NCBI RefSeq assembly: GCF_900289195.1
Contig: NZ_OMOH01000007.1
Span: 77,471-109,470, forward strand
Length of the DNA: 32,000 bases
Direction of reading: 5' to 3'
From: Propionibacterium ruminifibrarum
GTDB lineage: Bacteria > Actinomycetota > Actinomycetes > Propionibacteriales > Propionibacteriaceae
Shown here: positions 9,064-19,303 of the stretch, piece by piece
How positions within the stretch are numbered: position 1 is the stretch's first letter
Layout: every line of letters starts with the position of its first letter
Position numbers and translations under genes: made by a program
Notes under the pieces: model-generated
What the model was told of the DNA's origin: nothing
What the model saw: the letters and a program-made list of their open reading frames with translations, nothing else
Database searches by the model: none

Positions 9064-10079
9064 ACGCCGGGAGCGGACGGTTGGAGCTGGGGAGGCTGCG
9101 CGTCCCCGGCCGGTTGGCGCGCGCCGGCATCGACGAGGTCCTCGTCTTCCGGGTGCCGCTGCGGCACCGCTTCCGCCGCATCGACGTGCGCGACGGCCTG
9201 CTGCTGCACGGCCCGCACGGCTGGGGGGAGTGCTCGCCCTTCTGGGACTACGACGTCACCGAGTCCGCGGCCTGGCTGCACGCCGGACTCGAGGCCGCCA
9301 CCGCGCCGCTGCCGGCGCCGCTGCGCGACGAGATCCCGGTGAACGTGACGATCCCCGTCGTCGGCCCGCCCGAGGCGGCCGGGCTCGTCGCCGCCTCCGG
9401 CGGCTGCACGACGGCCAAGGTGAAGGTCGCCGATCCGCGCAGCACCCTGGCCGAGGACTGCGCCCGCGTCGAGGCCGTCCGCCAGGCGCTGGGCCCCGAA
9501 GGCCGGATCCGGGTGGACGCCAACGCCGCCTGGACCGTCGACGAGGCGGTGGCCGCCCTCACCGAACTCGACGCCGCCGCGGGCGGCCTCGAGTACGCCG
9601 AGCAGCCCTGTCCCACGGTGCCGGAACTCGCCCGGGTGCGGGCCCGGGTCGACGTGCCGATCGCCGCCGACGAGTCAGTGCGCCGCGCCGAGGACCCGCT
9701 CGCCGTCGCCCGCGCCGGCGCTGCCGACGTCATCGTCGTCAAGGTGCAGCCGCTCGGCGGCGTGCTGCGCGCCCTCGACGTGGTCGAGCAGGCCGGGCTG
9801 GACGCCGTGGTCTCCTCGGCCCTGGACACCTCCATCGGCATCTCGGTGGCGGCCACTCTCGCCGGCTGCCTGCCGGAACTGAACCACGCCTGCGGCCTGG
9901 CGACCGTCGAACTGTTCGACGGCGACGTCACCGACCACCCGGTCCTGCCCGCCGGCGGGGTGATCCCGGTCACCAGGGCCACGGTCGAGACGCCGGTCGG
10001 CGACGCCGCCGCCCCGCCGGGGCGGCTCGCCGAGCGGTGGGCCGAGCGTCTCGACGCGCTGTGCGGGGAACTGCGGTGA
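9060..10079 (+). CDS. menC: o-succinylbenzoate synthase
   Basis: Enolase-superfamily pattern ([12 protein letters not shown]..., [21 protein letters not shown]) next to menD. ATG 9060 overlaps the malQ stop (ATGA). In-frame TTG codons within the next ~60 nt are alternative starts. Confidence 0.8.
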   Translation: MNAGSGRLELGRLRVPGRLARAGIDEVLVFRVPLRHRFRRIDVRDGLLLHGPHGWGECSPFWDYDVTESAAWLHAGLEAATAPLPAPLRDEIPVNVTIPVVGPPEAAGLVAASGGCTTAKVKVADPRSTLAEDCARVEAVRQALGPEGRIRVDANAAWTVDEAVAALTELDAAAGGLEYAEQPCPTVPELARVRARVDVPIAADESVRRAEDPLAVARAGAADVIVVKVQPLGGVLRALDVVEQAGLDAVVSSALDTSIGISVAATLAGCLPELNHACGLATVELFDGDVTDHPVLPAGGVIPVTRATVETPVGDAAAPPGRLAERWAERLDALCGELR

Positions 10080-11671
10080 CCCCGGACGCGACCGCCGAGA
10101 ACGAGTCCACCCGGCTCGCCCGGCGCATGGTCACGGCGCTGGCCGCCGGCGGCGTCCGGCACGTCGTCTACTGCCCGGGCTCACGCGACGCCCCCTTCGC
10201 CTACGCGCTCGACGCCGCCGAGCGGGCCGGATGGCTGCGGGTGCGCGTCCACCTCGACGAGCGCGACGCCGCCTTCGTCGCGCTGGGCATCGCCAAGGCG
10301 GCCAGGCTGGCCGGACGCACCGAACCCGTCGCCGTGGTCACCACCTCGGGCACGGCGGCGACCAATCTGCACCCGGCCGTCGCCGAGGCCGACGCCTCCG
10401 GCACGCCCCTCGTCGCCGTCACCGCGGACCGCCCCCATGAGATGTGGGGCACCGGCGCCAACCAGGTGACGAGACAGAGCGGCCTCTTCGGCGCCATGGC
10501 CCGCGCCGCCATCGACATCCCCGCCGGCTTCCCGGCCGACGAGCGCCTCGACGCGGCGGTCGGCCGGACCCTCGCGCCGGCCCTCGGCGCGCTGACCGGC
10601 GACCCCGGGCCGGTGCAGTTCAACGTGGGGCTGCGCGAACCCCTGGTGCCCGCCTCGGGCTGGGCCCCGACCGGGCGTCCTCCCGCCGGCGCGAGCCGCC
10701 CGCCCGCCCCGCCGCAGCGCCCGGCAGGCGTCCTCGACCTGCCCGAACGCACCCTCGTCGTCGCGGGCGACACGGCAGGCCCGCGGGCCGAGACGCTCGC
10801 CCGGGCCGGCGGGTGGCCCCTGCTGGCCGAGCCCTCCTCCGGCGCCCGCTTCGGCCCGCACGCCGTGTGCGACTACCAGCGGCTGCTGGACGACGGGCTC
10901 GCCGACCCGGCCGAGGCCGTCCTCGTGCTGGGCCACCCCACCCTGTCCCGTCCCGTCTCCAGGCTGCTGGCCCGCCGGGACCTGCGGGTCGTCGTCGCCG
11001 CCGACGGCTCACGCTGGACCGATGTCGCAGGCCTAGCCGAGGTGGTGGCGGGGCCGGTCGAGGTGAACCACCGGCCGGCCGGCGGCTGGCTGCGCACCTG
11101 GCTCGACGCCGACGCCGCGCGTCCCGCAGGAAGACCCAAGGACGAGGCGGCCGCCATGATCTGGGTCGCCCACTGCGCGCCGGACGCCCCCGCCTTGGTG
11201 ATCGGGGCCTCCGACGTCATTCGCGCCTTCGACCGCAACGCCGCCCCCGCCGGACGCGGCCCACGTGTCGTCTCGAACAGGGGACTGGCCGGGATCGACG
11301 GCACCGTCGCCACCGCCGTCGGTCTCGGCCTGGGCCTGGGCCGCCCGGTCCGCGCCGTCGTCGGTGACCTCACCGCGGCCCACGACGGGCTCGGCCTGCT
11401 CCACGGCACCCTCGAGACCCAACCCGACGTGCAGGTCGTCGTGCTCAACGACGGCGGCGGGACCATCTTCACCCGGCTCGAGCACGCCGACGCGGCCCCG
11501 CCCGGCCTGTTCGCCCGCTACTTCACCACCCGCCAGGGCGTCGACTTCGCCGCCCTGGCCGCGGCGACCGGTGCCGCCCACCACGCGGTCGACGACACGG
11601 CCGGGCTCGGTGCGCTGCTCGCCGAACCCGTCCGGGGCTGCTCACTCGTCGAGGTCCGGCTGGGACCGTAA
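10076..11671 (+). CDS. menD: 2-succinyl-5-enolpyruvyl-6-hydroxy-3-cyclohexene-1-carboxylate (SEPHCHC) synthase
   Basis: 531 aa. GTG 10076 overlaps the menC stop (GTGA). The ThDP-enzyme N-terminus ([16 protein letters not shown]..., [17 protein letters not shown]) and a C-terminal ThDP motif (GDLTAAHD...NDGGGTIF) are present. Confidence 0.9.
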   Translation: MTPDATAENESTRLARRMVTALAAGGVRHVVYCPGSRDAPFAYALDAAERAGWLRVRVHLDERDAAFVALGIAKAARLAGRTEPVAVVTTSGTAATNLHPAVAEADASGTPLVAVTADRPHEMWGTGANQVTRQSGLFGAMARAAIDIPAGFPADERLDAAVGRTLAPALGALTGDPGPVQFNVGLREPLVPASGWAPTGRPPAGASRPPAPPQRPAGVLDLPERTLVVAGDTAGPRAETLARAGGWPLLAEPSSGARFGPHAVCDYQRLLDDGLADPAEAVLVLGHPTLSRPVSRLLARRDLRVVVAADGSRWTDVAGLAEVVAGPVEVNHRPAGGWLRTWLDADAARPAGRPKDEAAAMIWVAHCAPDAPALVIGASDVIRAFDRNAAPAGRGPRVVSNRGLAGIDGTVATAVGLGLGLGRPVRAVVGDLTAAHDGLGLLHGTLETQPDVQVVVLNDGGGTIFTRLEHADAAPPGLFARYFTTRQGVDFAALAAATGAAHHAVDDTAGLGALLAEPVRGCSLVEVRLGP

Positions 11672-11676
11672 GGATC

Positions 11677-12912
11677 TCAGCCCCGGGCCAAGCCCTGGCG
11701 CATCGGCGTCATCTTGGAACCCGTCTCGTCCCACTCCAGCTCGGCGCGGGAGTCGGGCAGGATGCCCGCCCCGGCGAAGAGCCGCGCCCTGCGCGAGCCC
11801 GGCTCGAACTGGGCGCAGCGCAGCGCCAGACCCCACTGGCCCGAGCCGTCGGCGCCCATCCAGCCCACCGGGCCCGAGAAGCGTCCCCGGTCGAGCCGTT
11901 CGACGGCCTTGATCTGGGCGAAGGCCTCGGCCCTCGGCGTGCCGCAGATCGCCGCGGTGGGGTAGAGGACGTCCGCCACGTCGGCCGCGCTGCGCCCCGG
12001 CGCCACGCGCGCCGTGATGTCGGTCGCCAGGTGCGTCACATTGGGCAGTTCGAGCAGGTAGGGGCCGTGCAGCAGCGGGGCGCTGAGCCCGGCCTGCTCC
12101 AGGTGGGCCGTGACGGAGGCGACGGCCAGCGCGTGCTCGTGCTGCTCCTTCGGGTCGGTGAGCAGCTCCTGCACCCATCCGGGCTTGCGGGTGCCGGCCA
12201 GGATCCGGCAGCGGAAGACGCCGTCGTGCACGTCGACGAGCAGCTCGGGTGTCGCCCCCACCAGGCCGTCGTCCGCGTAGATCCAGCAGTCGGGGAAGCG
12301 CGTGCCGAGCCAGTCGAGCACGCCCACCTGGCTGAGCGGACGGTCGGCGGCGGCGTCGACGCTGCGGGCCAGGACGACCTTCTCCTCGACCCGGTCGGGG
12401 TCGGCGAGGACGGCGCGACTCGCGTCGATGGCCCGCGCCCATGCCTGCTCGGCGCCGGGCGCGGTGGTGAACTCGAGGCGGGGCGCGTCGCGGTGCACGT
12501 GGTCGCGGGGCCGCGGCTCCGGCTCGCCGGCGGGTGCGATGAGCCAGGTCGGCTCGCCGGCGGCGGCGCGGACGAGGGTGAACCGCGGGACGACGAGGAA
12601 ACCGCTCTGGGCCGGGTCGAACGGGAACGAGCCGAAGGCGAGGGGGCCCGCCCGGTGCCCGGCGGCCCAGTCTCGGAAGCGCCGCCATGCGGAGGCGACG
12701 GGCCCGGGGCCGACGGCCTCGAACCGGGCGAGCTCGCCCCAGCCGACCAGGGCCGGCCCGCCGTCCGGGGCGACCCACACCCAGGGGCGTTCCACGTCGG
12801 CGGGTACGAGGCTCAGCGCGGCGCTCAGCCACTGCGCGCTGCCGAGCCCGCGCCGGTCGTCGAGGGCGGCGGCACGACGGCGCGTCAGCGCGCTGACATC
12901 GGCCACCTCCAT
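11677..12912 (-). CDS. menF: isochorismate synthase
   Basis: 411 aa from ATG (CAT 12910-12912). Chorismate-binding motifs are GATPELLV, TAAICGTP, GRFSGPVGW and FAGAGILPDS. It is convergent with menD, with only 5 nt between the stops. Confidence 0.85.
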   Translation of the reverse strand: MEVADVSALTRRRAAALDDRRGLGSAQWLSAALSLVPADVERPWVWVAPDGGPALVGWGELARFEAVGPGPVASAWRRFRDWAAGHRAGPLAFGSFPFDPAQSGFLVVPRFTLVRAAAGEPTWLIAPAGEPEPRPRDHVHRDAPRLEFTTAPGAEQAWARAIDASRAVLADPDRVEEKVVLARSVDAAADRPLSQVGVLDWLGTRFPDCWIYADDGLVGATPELLVDVHDGVFRCRILAGTRKPGWVQELLTDPKEQHEHALAVASVTAHLEQAGLSAPLLHGPYLLELPNVTHLATDITARVAPGRSAADVADVLYPTAAICGTPRAEAFAQIKAVERLDRGRFSGPVGWMGADGSGQWGLALRCAQFEPGSRRARLFAGAGILPDSRAELEWDETGSKMTPMRQGLARG

Positions 12913-13101
12913 CACATCCGCCGAGTCTAGTGGAGCGGCCCGAACCACCCGCCCCGCGGTCCCAGCGGCCCTCGGCGGCGGGGGGCGTCGGAGTCCGCCG
13001 TGCCCGGCGTTCCACGGGTCACGGCCGATTCCCCCGGCGGGCCCGGCCCTCAACAGGGGTGGGATCGGGCGGGTTCGCCGGCCGGCGCGACGACCCGGGG
13101 C

Positions 13102-14334
13102 TCAGCCGTGTTCCCATGCCTCCCCGTCGGCCCGGGCCCGTGCCAGCAGCGCCCTGACCGCCGCCCGGTCGGGTTTGCCCGAGGCCAGGGCGGGCAGCTC
13201 GTCCAGGCGCAGGACGACCCGCGGCGCCCGCTCGCGTCCGACGGCCCGTCCGGTCGCCTCGCGCAGCCGCCTCGCGTCGAGGCCTGCGGGTGCGGCGACG
13301 GCGGCGGCGACGACCTGGCCCCAGCGGGCGTCCTCCAGCCCGACGACGACGCAGTCGCTCACCAGGCCGGTGCCCAGCACCGCCTCGGCGACGTCGGGGG
13401 CGCTGATCTTGAGGCCGCCGCTGACGATGACGTCATCGGTGCGCCCGCGGATCGACAGGACGCCGTCGGTCGTCGCGCCGAGGTCGTTCGTGGCCAGCCA
13501 CCGCTCACCGTCGATCAGCCGCACGCCCGGGGCGCCGTCGAGGTAGTCGCTCATCACCATCGGCCCGCCCAGCCAGACCCGCCCCGCCTCGCCGTCCCCG
13601 GGGCGGTCCCGGTCATCCGGGGCGCTGAACGCCACGTGGACCCCGGCCAGCGGGCGCCCGTCGTAGACGCAGCCGCCGCAGGTCTCGCTCATGCCGTAGG
13701 TCAGGCGCAGCGCGAGCCCGGCGGCCCGGGCGGCCGCCACGAGCGGGGCCGGGGTGGCGGCGCCGCCGACCAGGACGGCCGTCGCCTCGGCCAGGGCCCT
13801 CGTCGCCTCGGCGTCGGCCAGCGCATCGGACAGCTGGGTCGGCACCAGCGAGACGTAGGCGCGCCCGTCCGGGTCCCGCCGGGCGGCCCGCCGCACGGCC
13901 TCGCCGACGAGCCGGGGCGTGGCCCGCCCCTCGACGACGAGGGGCGGGCGGCCCGCCACGAGCGAGCGCGCGACCACCTGCAGGCCGGCGATGTGGTGCG
14001 GCGGCAGCGCGAGCACCCAGCTGCCCGCACCGCCGAGCCTGGCATGGGTGGCCTCGGCCGAGGCCCGCAGCTGCGCCCCCGACAGGCCGACGAGCCGCCC
14101 CCGTCCGGTCGTCGACCCGGAGGTGCGCACCACCAGACGCGCCCCGGGCGGCCTGCGCACGATGCGCGAGGCGGCGTCCCCGGCCAGGGCGCCGGCGTCC
14201 TCGTGCGGCCCGGCGGGCATGAGCAGCGGCCCGTCACCGCCGGCCAGGACCGGTTCCAGGGCGCGCGCCAGCGCCCCGGCCGACGTATCGGTGCGGTCGG
14301 CGACGAGGACGTCGGGCGCGGGGGAGCCGGTCAT
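13102..14334 (-). CDS. menE: o-succinylbenzoate-CoA ligase
   Basis: 410 aa, forming the C-terminal part of the 764-aa track ORF. Adenylate-forming motifs are TSGSTTGRGRLV, YGMSET, GDLG/RGRTDDVIVSGG and GKPDR. The ATG overlaps the menB stop (ATGA on the minus strand, 14332-14336). Confidence 0.85.
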   Translation of the reverse strand: MTGSPAPDVLVADRTDTSAGALARALEPVLAGGDGPLLMPAGPHEDAGALAGDAASRIVRRPPGARLVVRTSGSTTGRGRLVGLSGAQLRASAEATHARLGGAGSWVLALPPHHIAGLQVVARSLVAGRPPLVVEGRATPRLVGEAVRRAARRDPDGRAYVSLVPTQLSDALADAEATRALAEATAVLVGGAATPAPLVAAARAAGLALRLTYGMSETCGGCVYDGRPLAGVHVAFSAPDDRDRPGDGEAGRVWLGGPMVMSDYLDGAPGVRLIDGERWLATNDLGATTDGVLSIRGRTDDVIVSGGLKISAPDVAEAVLGTGLVSDCVVVGLEDARWGQVVAAAVAAPAGLDARRLREATGRAVGRERAPRVVLRLDELPALASGKPDRAAVRALLARARADGEAWEHG

Positions 14335-15341
14335 CAGAAGTAGTACGGGTACCGCGACCAGTCCGGCGCGCGGTGCTGCAGGAAGGCGTCGCGGCCCTCC
14401 TGGGCCTCCTCGGTCATGTAGGCCAGCCGGGTGGCCTCGCCGGCGAAGGCCTGCTGGCCCGCGATGCCGTCGTCGATCATGTTGAACGCGTACTTGAGCA
14501 TGCGGATCGACTGCGGCGACTTCGTGGCGACGGTCAGGCCCCACTCGATGGCGGTGTCCTCGAGTTCGGCGTGCGGGACGACCTTGTTGATGACGCCCCA
14601 GGCCTCGGCCTCGGCCGGCGTGTAGGGCTCGGCCAGGTAGAAGATCTGGCGGGCGCGCTTGTCGCCGATCTGGCGGGCCAGCAGCCCCGCGCCGTAGCCG
14701 GCGTCGAAGGAGCCGACGTTGGCGTCGACCTGCTTGAAGACGGCGTGCTCGGCGCTGGCGATGGCCAGGTCGCAGACGACCATGAGCGAGTGCCCGCCGC
14801 CGGTCGTCCAGCCGGGGATCGCCGCGATGATGGGTTTCGGGGTGGACCGCATGAGGCGCTGCACCTCGAGGATGTGCATACGGGCCCGCCGGCCCCGGTC
14901 GATGCGGGCGGCGCGTTCGGGCGTCATGCCCTGCTCCCGGCCCTCGTGCCCGGCCCCGTGCGGGGTCTCGTCGGACTGGTACTGGTAGCCGTCGGCGCCG
15001 CGCTGCAGCTGGTTGCCGCCCGAGGAGAAGGCGTAGCCGCCGTCCTTGGGGGAGGGACCGTTTCCGGTGAGCACGATCGCCGCGACGTCGGGCGTTGAGC
15101 GGGCGTCGTCGATGCAGCGGTACAGCTCGTCGACGGTCTGCGGCCCGAAGGCGTTGCGCAGCTCGGGACGGTCGATGGCGATCCGCACCACGGGCAGGTC
15201 GTGGCCCTGCGGTGCGCCGTCGACGTCGCCGCGGGAGACGAGACGGTGGTAGGTGGTCTCGCGGAGCGGAACGTCGTCGGGGGTCGCCTCGCGCCAGCGC
15301 GAGGCGTCGAAGGTGTCGGAAACGCCGGGAAGACTGCTCAT
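14334..15341 (-). CDS. menB: 1,4-dihydroxy-2-naphthoyl-CoA synthase
   Basis: 335 aa, crotonase fold, near-colinear with MenB as I recall it (RPELRNAF, GNGPSPKDGGYAFSSGG, HILEVQRL, GGGHSL, VVCDL, ATRLAYMTEEAQEGRDAF). The active-site loop is longer than in the M. tuberculosis enzyme. Confidence 0.9.
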   Translation of the reverse strand: MSSLPGVSDTFDASRWREATPDDVPLRETTYHRLVSRGDVDGAPQGHDLPVVRIAIDRPELRNAFGPQTVDELYRCIDDARSTPDVAAIVLTGNGPSPKDGGYAFSSGGNQLQRGADGYQYQSDETPHGAGHEGREQGMTPERAARIDRGRRARMHILEVQRLMRSTPKPIIAAIPGWTTGGGHSLMVVCDLAIASAEHAVFKQVDANVGSFDAGYGAGLLARQIGDKRARQIFYLAEPYTPAEAEAWGVINKVVPHAELEDTAIEWGLTVATKSPQSIRMLKYAFNMIDDGIAGQQAFAGEATRLAYMTEEAQEGRDAFLQHRAPDWSRYPYYF

Positions 15342-15635
15342 GGGGTGAAGGTATCACCGCCCCCACCGAGTCGGCGCCGCCCGCCGTGGGAGGCAACCGA
15401 TGTCATGGCCGGCGTGCATCGCGGGCTCAGCCGGCGGATCATGGATGTCCGCCGAGATGGTCGCGCCGATGGTGTCGACGGGCGGAAGCGTGGGGCTCAG
15501 CCACCGCGCAGCCATTCACGTAAGGCGGCGCGGATTGCTTCCGATCAGGTGACCGGGCCCTCGGCCTCGTCAGCCCGGGCCCGGATCCGCTCATCGCTCA
15601 TGGTGTCACCGTGGACCGGATGCTCCCGGCCGCGA

Positions 15636-16991
15636 TCAGATGTTCTTCGCCGGCTGGCCCGCGGCGTAGACGTTGTCGAGTTCGCGGCCGAGTTCGTCGA
15701 GGATGATCGTTGGGACCGCCGGCTCGGCGTTCGAGATGCGCTGGGCGTCGATCGGCAGCTCTGCGCGGGCGGCCTCGTGACGGTCGCGGGCGGCGGCGAG
15801 CGGCTCGGCGCCGACCACCTCGCCGTTGCGCACCAGGTCGACGAGCAGCGTGCGGTCCTTCGAACCGGCGCGCGGCGCCGCGTTGACGCCGATCACCTCG
15901 GCCTGGGCCAGGCCGTCGTCGTCGATGGAGCGAAGCGCGAACTTGCGGCCGCCGATCGTCTTCTTGTTCGCCGACTTCTTCGCCACGTCGATCATGGGCG
16001 CGTCGGGGGAGTCGGCGGCGGCGCGGGCGACGAGCTTGTAGACGAAACCGCAGGTGGGATGGCCCGAGCCGGTGACCAGGCTCGTGCCGACGCCGAAGCC
16101 GTCGACGGGGGCGCCGCGCAGGGCGGCGATCTGGTACTCGTCCAGGTCATTGGTGACGATGATCTTCGTGCGGGTGGCGCCGAGCCGGTCGAGCAGCTCG
16201 CGGACGTGCTTCACCTCGGTGAACAGGTCGCCCGAGTCGATCCGCACGCCGCCGAGGTCCCCGCCGGTCAGTTCGACGGCCTTCACGATCGCGGTGTCGA
16301 TGTCGTAGGTGTCGACCAGCAGCGTCGTGTCCTCGCCCAGCCACTCGAGCTGAGCGGCGAAGGCCTCGTCCTCGGAGTCGAAGAGCATCGTGAACGCGTG
16401 GGCCGCGGTGCCCGACACGGGGATGCCCCAGGTGCGGCCGGCCTCCAGGTCCGACGTGGAACTGAAACCGGCGATCCAGGCCGCACGGGCGGCCGCGACG
16501 GCCGAGGCCTCGTGGGTGCGCCGGGCCCCGAACTCGGCGATCGGGCGCCCCTGGGCTGCCATCGTCATGCGGGAGGCGGCCGCCGCGATCGCGCAGTCGT
16601 GGTTGTAGATCGACAGCAGGAGTGTCTCGAGCAGCACCGCGTCGGCGAACGAGCCCTCGACCTGCAGCAGCGGGGAACCGCCGAAGTAGAGCTCACCCTC
16701 GGGGTATCCGACGATGGTGCCGTGGAAGCGGTAGCCGGACAGGTACTCGGCGAGGGTGTCGTCGGCGACGCCGGCCCGCAGCAGGTAGTCGATCTCCTCG
16801 GCGCTGAAGCGGAAGTTCTCGAGGGCCTCGAGGGCGCGTCCGGTGCCGGCGACGACGCCGTAGGACCGGCCGGAGGGCAGGCGGCGGGGGAACAGCTCGA
16901 AGAGCACGTGACGGTTCGCGCGGCCCGCGTGGAGAGCCGCCTTGACCATCGTGAGCTCGTACATGTCGGTCAGCAGTGACGTGGTAGCCAT
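15636..16991 (-). CDS. pncB: nicotinate phosphoribosyltransferase
   Basis: 451 aa from ATG (CAT 16989-16991). The sequence MATTSLLTDMYELTMVKAAL... is the typical PncB N-terminus. The track's 132-codon upstream extension is Arg/Pro-rich and not credible. Confidence 0.9.
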   Translation of the reverse strand: MATTSLLTDMYELTMVKAALHAGRANRHVLFELFPRRLPSGRSYGVVAGTGRALEALENFRFSAEEIDYLLRAGVADDTLAEYLSGYRFHGTIVGYPEGELYFGGSPLLQVEGSFADAVLLETLLLSIYNHDCAIAAAASRMTMAAQGRPIAEFGARRTHEASAVAAARAAWIAGFSSTSDLEAGRTWGIPVSGTAAHAFTMLFDSEDEAFAAQLEWLGEDTTLLVDTYDIDTAIVKAVELTGGDLGGVRIDSGDLFTEVKHVRELLDRLGATRTKIIVTNDLDEYQIAALRGAPVDGFGVGTSLVTGSGHPTCGFVYKLVARAAADSPDAPMIDVAKKSANKKTIGGRKFALRSIDDDGLAQAEVIGVNAAPRAGSKDRTLLVDLVRNGEVVGAEPLAAARDRHEAARAELPIDAQRISNAEPAVPTIILDELGRELDNVYAAGQPAKNI

Positions 16992-17291
16992 GGACCCACC
17001 ATACGGGCAATCAGGCCTGGATTCGATTGGTGGTCGAAAACCTGTCAGTCGGTGTTCCTCTGCCCGGGTCGTGTCGCCGAGGGGCCGGGCCGGACGCGGC
17101 CCCGTACGCACGGATGCGGCGCCGGCCCGCCGGGTGACACCTGGAGGGTGTGCGGCCGGAGGGCGTGCGGTTCTGAGCGCTCGGGTGCGACGTCCGTCCC
17201 CTTGACGCGACGGGCCAGCGGGTGCATGGCGGGTTGATCGGGGGATTGGCTGGAGTCGCCGAGGACGACTGGCCCAAGGATGCGCGCGGCG

Positions 17292-17322
17292 GGTCCGGGG
17301 CCGAGGCCGGGCCGTGGTTTTT
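17292..17322 (+). terminator. hairpin plus T5 run in the pncB/clpS divergent intergenic region (attenuator or sRNA end candidate)
   Basis: GGTCCGG-ggccgagg-CCGGGCC forms a 7-bp stem including one G.U pair. It is followed after 4 nt by TTTTT (17318-17322), which looks like a rare run in this GC-rich window. Confidence 0.3.
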
Positions 17323-17349
17323 GTTGAGTCGTGCGACAGAATGGGAGCC

Positions 17350-17658
17350 ATGGCGGAAACCCCTTCACAGGTGCCCTCCGGCGGCACTGCCGTCGTCGAG
17401 CGGCCTGCTCAAGAGGCCGTTGGCCAGCAGAACTGGGTGACGATCGTCTGGGACGACCCGGTCAACCTCATGAGCTACGTCACGCACGTGTTCTGCACCT
17501 ACTTCCACTACTCCCGTGATCGTGCCGAGCGCCTCATGATGCAGGTGCACATGGAGGGCCGGGCCGTCGTCAGCGCGGGCAGCCGTGAGCGCATGGAGCG
17601 TGACGTCAACGCCATGCACGGCTTCGGCCTGTGGGCCACCGTGGGCAGGGGCGAGTAA
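17350..17658 (+). CDS. clpS: ATP-dependent Clp protease adaptor ClpS
   Basis: 102 aa. [20 protein letters not shown]...AVVSAGSRE...GLWATV is near-identical in pattern to actinobacterial ClpS. ATG 17341 is an alternative start. Confidence 0.9.
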   Translation: MAETPSQVPSGGTAVVERPAQEAVGQQNWVTIVWDDPVNLMSYVTHVFCTYFHYSRDRAERLMMQVHMEGRAVVSAGSRERMERDVNAMHGFGLWATVGRGE

Positions 17659-18246
17659 GTGCACTCCTTCCGTCGTCGCCGTGGTCAGCTCACCTGCACC
17701 TTCGAGGAGGCCGAGCTCAGCGTCATGACCAGCCTCGTCAACCAGCTCATGGAACTGCTCACCGGTGACGGCATGCCCCGGCCGGCCTCGAACGGGCTGG
17801 GGGAGCAGGACCTGTTCGCCGAGCTCGAGAGGGACCTCAACGGGGCGACGACCGACGACTTCAACCAGAACCCCGACGTCGACCCGGCCCTGCGCCGGCT
17901 CTTCCCCGACGCCTACCAGGACGATCCGCGGGCCGCGGCGGAGTTCCGTCGTTTCAGCCAGGCCGAACAGCGCGACGCCAAGTTCGACGCCGCCGTCGAG
18001 ATGCTCGCCGACCTCAACCAGGTCGGCGACGACATGCGCTGCACCGTGCCCGACGAACACGTGGACGCCTGGCTCAAGACCCTCACCGCCGTCCGGCTCG
18101 CCCTGTCCGTGCGCCTGGACATCCTGACCGCCGACGACATCGACCGGCTCGCCGAGCTGCCCGAGAACGAGCCGCGGGCCGCGATCTTCTCGGTCTACGA
18201 GTGGCTCGGCTGGGTGCAGGAGTCCCTGCTCGACTGCCTCCACTGA
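17659..18246 (+). CDS. DUF2017 domain-containing protein
   Basis: 195 aa. The GTG start abuts the clpS stop. The acidic protein has the conserved position after clpS (Rv1332-type). Confidence 0.7.
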   Translation: MHSFRRRRGQLTCTFEEAELSVMTSLVNQLMELLTGDGMPRPASNGLGEQDLFAELERDLNGATTDDFNQNPDVDPALRRLFPDAYQDDPRAAAEFRRFSQAEQRDAKFDAAVEMLADLNQVGDDMRCTVPDEHVDAWLKTLTAVRLALSVRLDILTADDIDRLAELPENEPRAAIFSVYEWLGWVQESLLDCLH

Positions 18247-18344
18247 GGGACCCACCGGGGCGGGCCCGTGCGCCGCGCGGGCCCGGACAGGTCGCCGACG
18301 CGCACGGCACCACCGTCCAGGCGGGCCACGGACCCCTGCTGGCT

Positions 18345-19217
18345 ATGATCGATGGCGTGCTCAATCCGGAACTCGACGCGGTGACCCCGCCCACGCCCGA
18401 CGCACCGTGCGGCGAGGGCGAGTCGAAGGCGCCGATCGGCGTCTTCGACTCAGGTTTCGGCGGGCTGACTGTGGCGCGCGCGGTCGTCGACCTGCTGCCC
18501 CACGAGGACATCATCTACCTGGGTGACACCGCCCGCGCCCCCTACGGCCCCCGCCCGATCGCCCAGGTGCGCGGCTTCGTCCTGGAGGCCCTCGACGATC
18601 TGGTCTCCCGAGGGGTGAAGGCCCTCGTCATCGCGTGCAACACCGGGTCTGCCGCGGCGCTGCGCGACGCCCGCGAACGCTACGACGTGCCCGTCATCGA
18701 GGTGGTCGTCCCCGCGGCCCGCAAGGCGGCCGGCATCACCCGCAACAACCGCGTCGGCGTCATCTGTACGCAGGCCACCGCGAGCTCGCTCGCCTACGAC
18801 GACGCCCTCGGCGCCTCGCCGGTGCAGCTGGTCACCCAGGTCTGCCCGAAGCTCGTCGAGTACGTCGAGGAGGGCATCACCACCGGGCCCGAGATCCTGG
18901 CCACGGTCCGGGACTACCTCGCCCCGCTGCAGCAGGCCGGGATCGACACGCTCGTCCTCGGCTGCACGCACTACCCGCTGCTGTCGGGCGTCATCAGCTA
19001 TGTCATGGGCGAGCAGGTCGCCCTCGTCTCCAGCTCGGACGAGTGCGCCCGCACCGTCTTCGCCGAACTGACCCGGCTGGGGCTGCTGCGCGACGACCTC
19101 GACCACGAGCCGGTCCGCCAGTTCATCACCACCGGTGACGCCGAGCGCTTCCAGGGCCTGGGACGGCGGCTCATGGGCAGCTTCGTCGACCAGGTGCGGT
19201 CCACCCGCATCGGCTGA
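18345..19217 (+). CDS. murI: glutamate racemase
   Basis: Motifs are IGVFDSGFGGLTV, YLGDTARAPYG, VIACNTGSA and LGCTHYPLL (both catalytic Cys motifs). I chose ATG 18345; the N-terminal ~25 aa are not conserved, so the start is uncertain. Confidence 0.9.
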   Translation: MIDGVLNPELDAVTPPTPDAPCGEGESKAPIGVFDSGFGGLTVARAVVDLLPHEDIIYLGDTARAPYGPRPIAQVRGFVLEALDDLVSRGVKALVIACNTGSAAALRDARERYDVPVIEVVVPAARKAAGITRNNRVGVICTQATASSLAYDDALGASPVQLVTQVCPKLVEYVEEGITTGPEILATVRDYLAPLQQAGIDTLVLGCTHYPLLSGVISYVMGEQVALVSSSDECARTVFAELTRLGLLRDDLDHEPVRQFITTGDAERFQGLGRRLMGSFVDQVRSTRIG

Positions 19218-19303
19218 GGAGTTGGCCGCCGATCGTCCTGCGGTGCCCGTGAAATGACACACGAGGGACGCAGGGCAAACCGGCAAAGGGACGGCGGGTA
19301 GTC

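Noticed and set aside
7389-11671. Track ORFs 7389..10079 (896 aa) and 8303..11671 (1122 aa)
   Set aside because: Their upstream parts are out-of-frame read-throughs of malQ and menC. Only the downstream portions, starting at 9060 (menC) and 10076 (menD), carry family motifs.
15545-15601. 18-codon minus-strand ORF (MSDERIRARADEAEGPVT) between pncB and menB
   Set aside because: I could identify no convincing SD, it is too short to evaluate, and there is no motif. It is recorded only because it lies in a 294-nt gap between co-directional genes.
15201-16979. 592-aa plus-strand ORF overlapping pncB; similar long ORFs occur at 5737..7245(-), 4905..6839(+), 7297..8586(-), 11642..13015(-), 13000..14343(+) and 26781..28076(-)
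   Set aside because: Each lies opposite to or out of frame with a gene that has clear family motifs. All are Arg/Gly/Pro/Asp-rich with no motifs.
18261-18285. CGGGCCCG-tgcgccgcg-CGGGCCCG after the DUF2017 stop, as a terminator
   Set aside because: Each 8-mer is itself a palindrome, so the apparent hairpin may just be two copies of a common GC palindrome. There is no U-tract, and murI follows on the same strand, likely co-transcribed.
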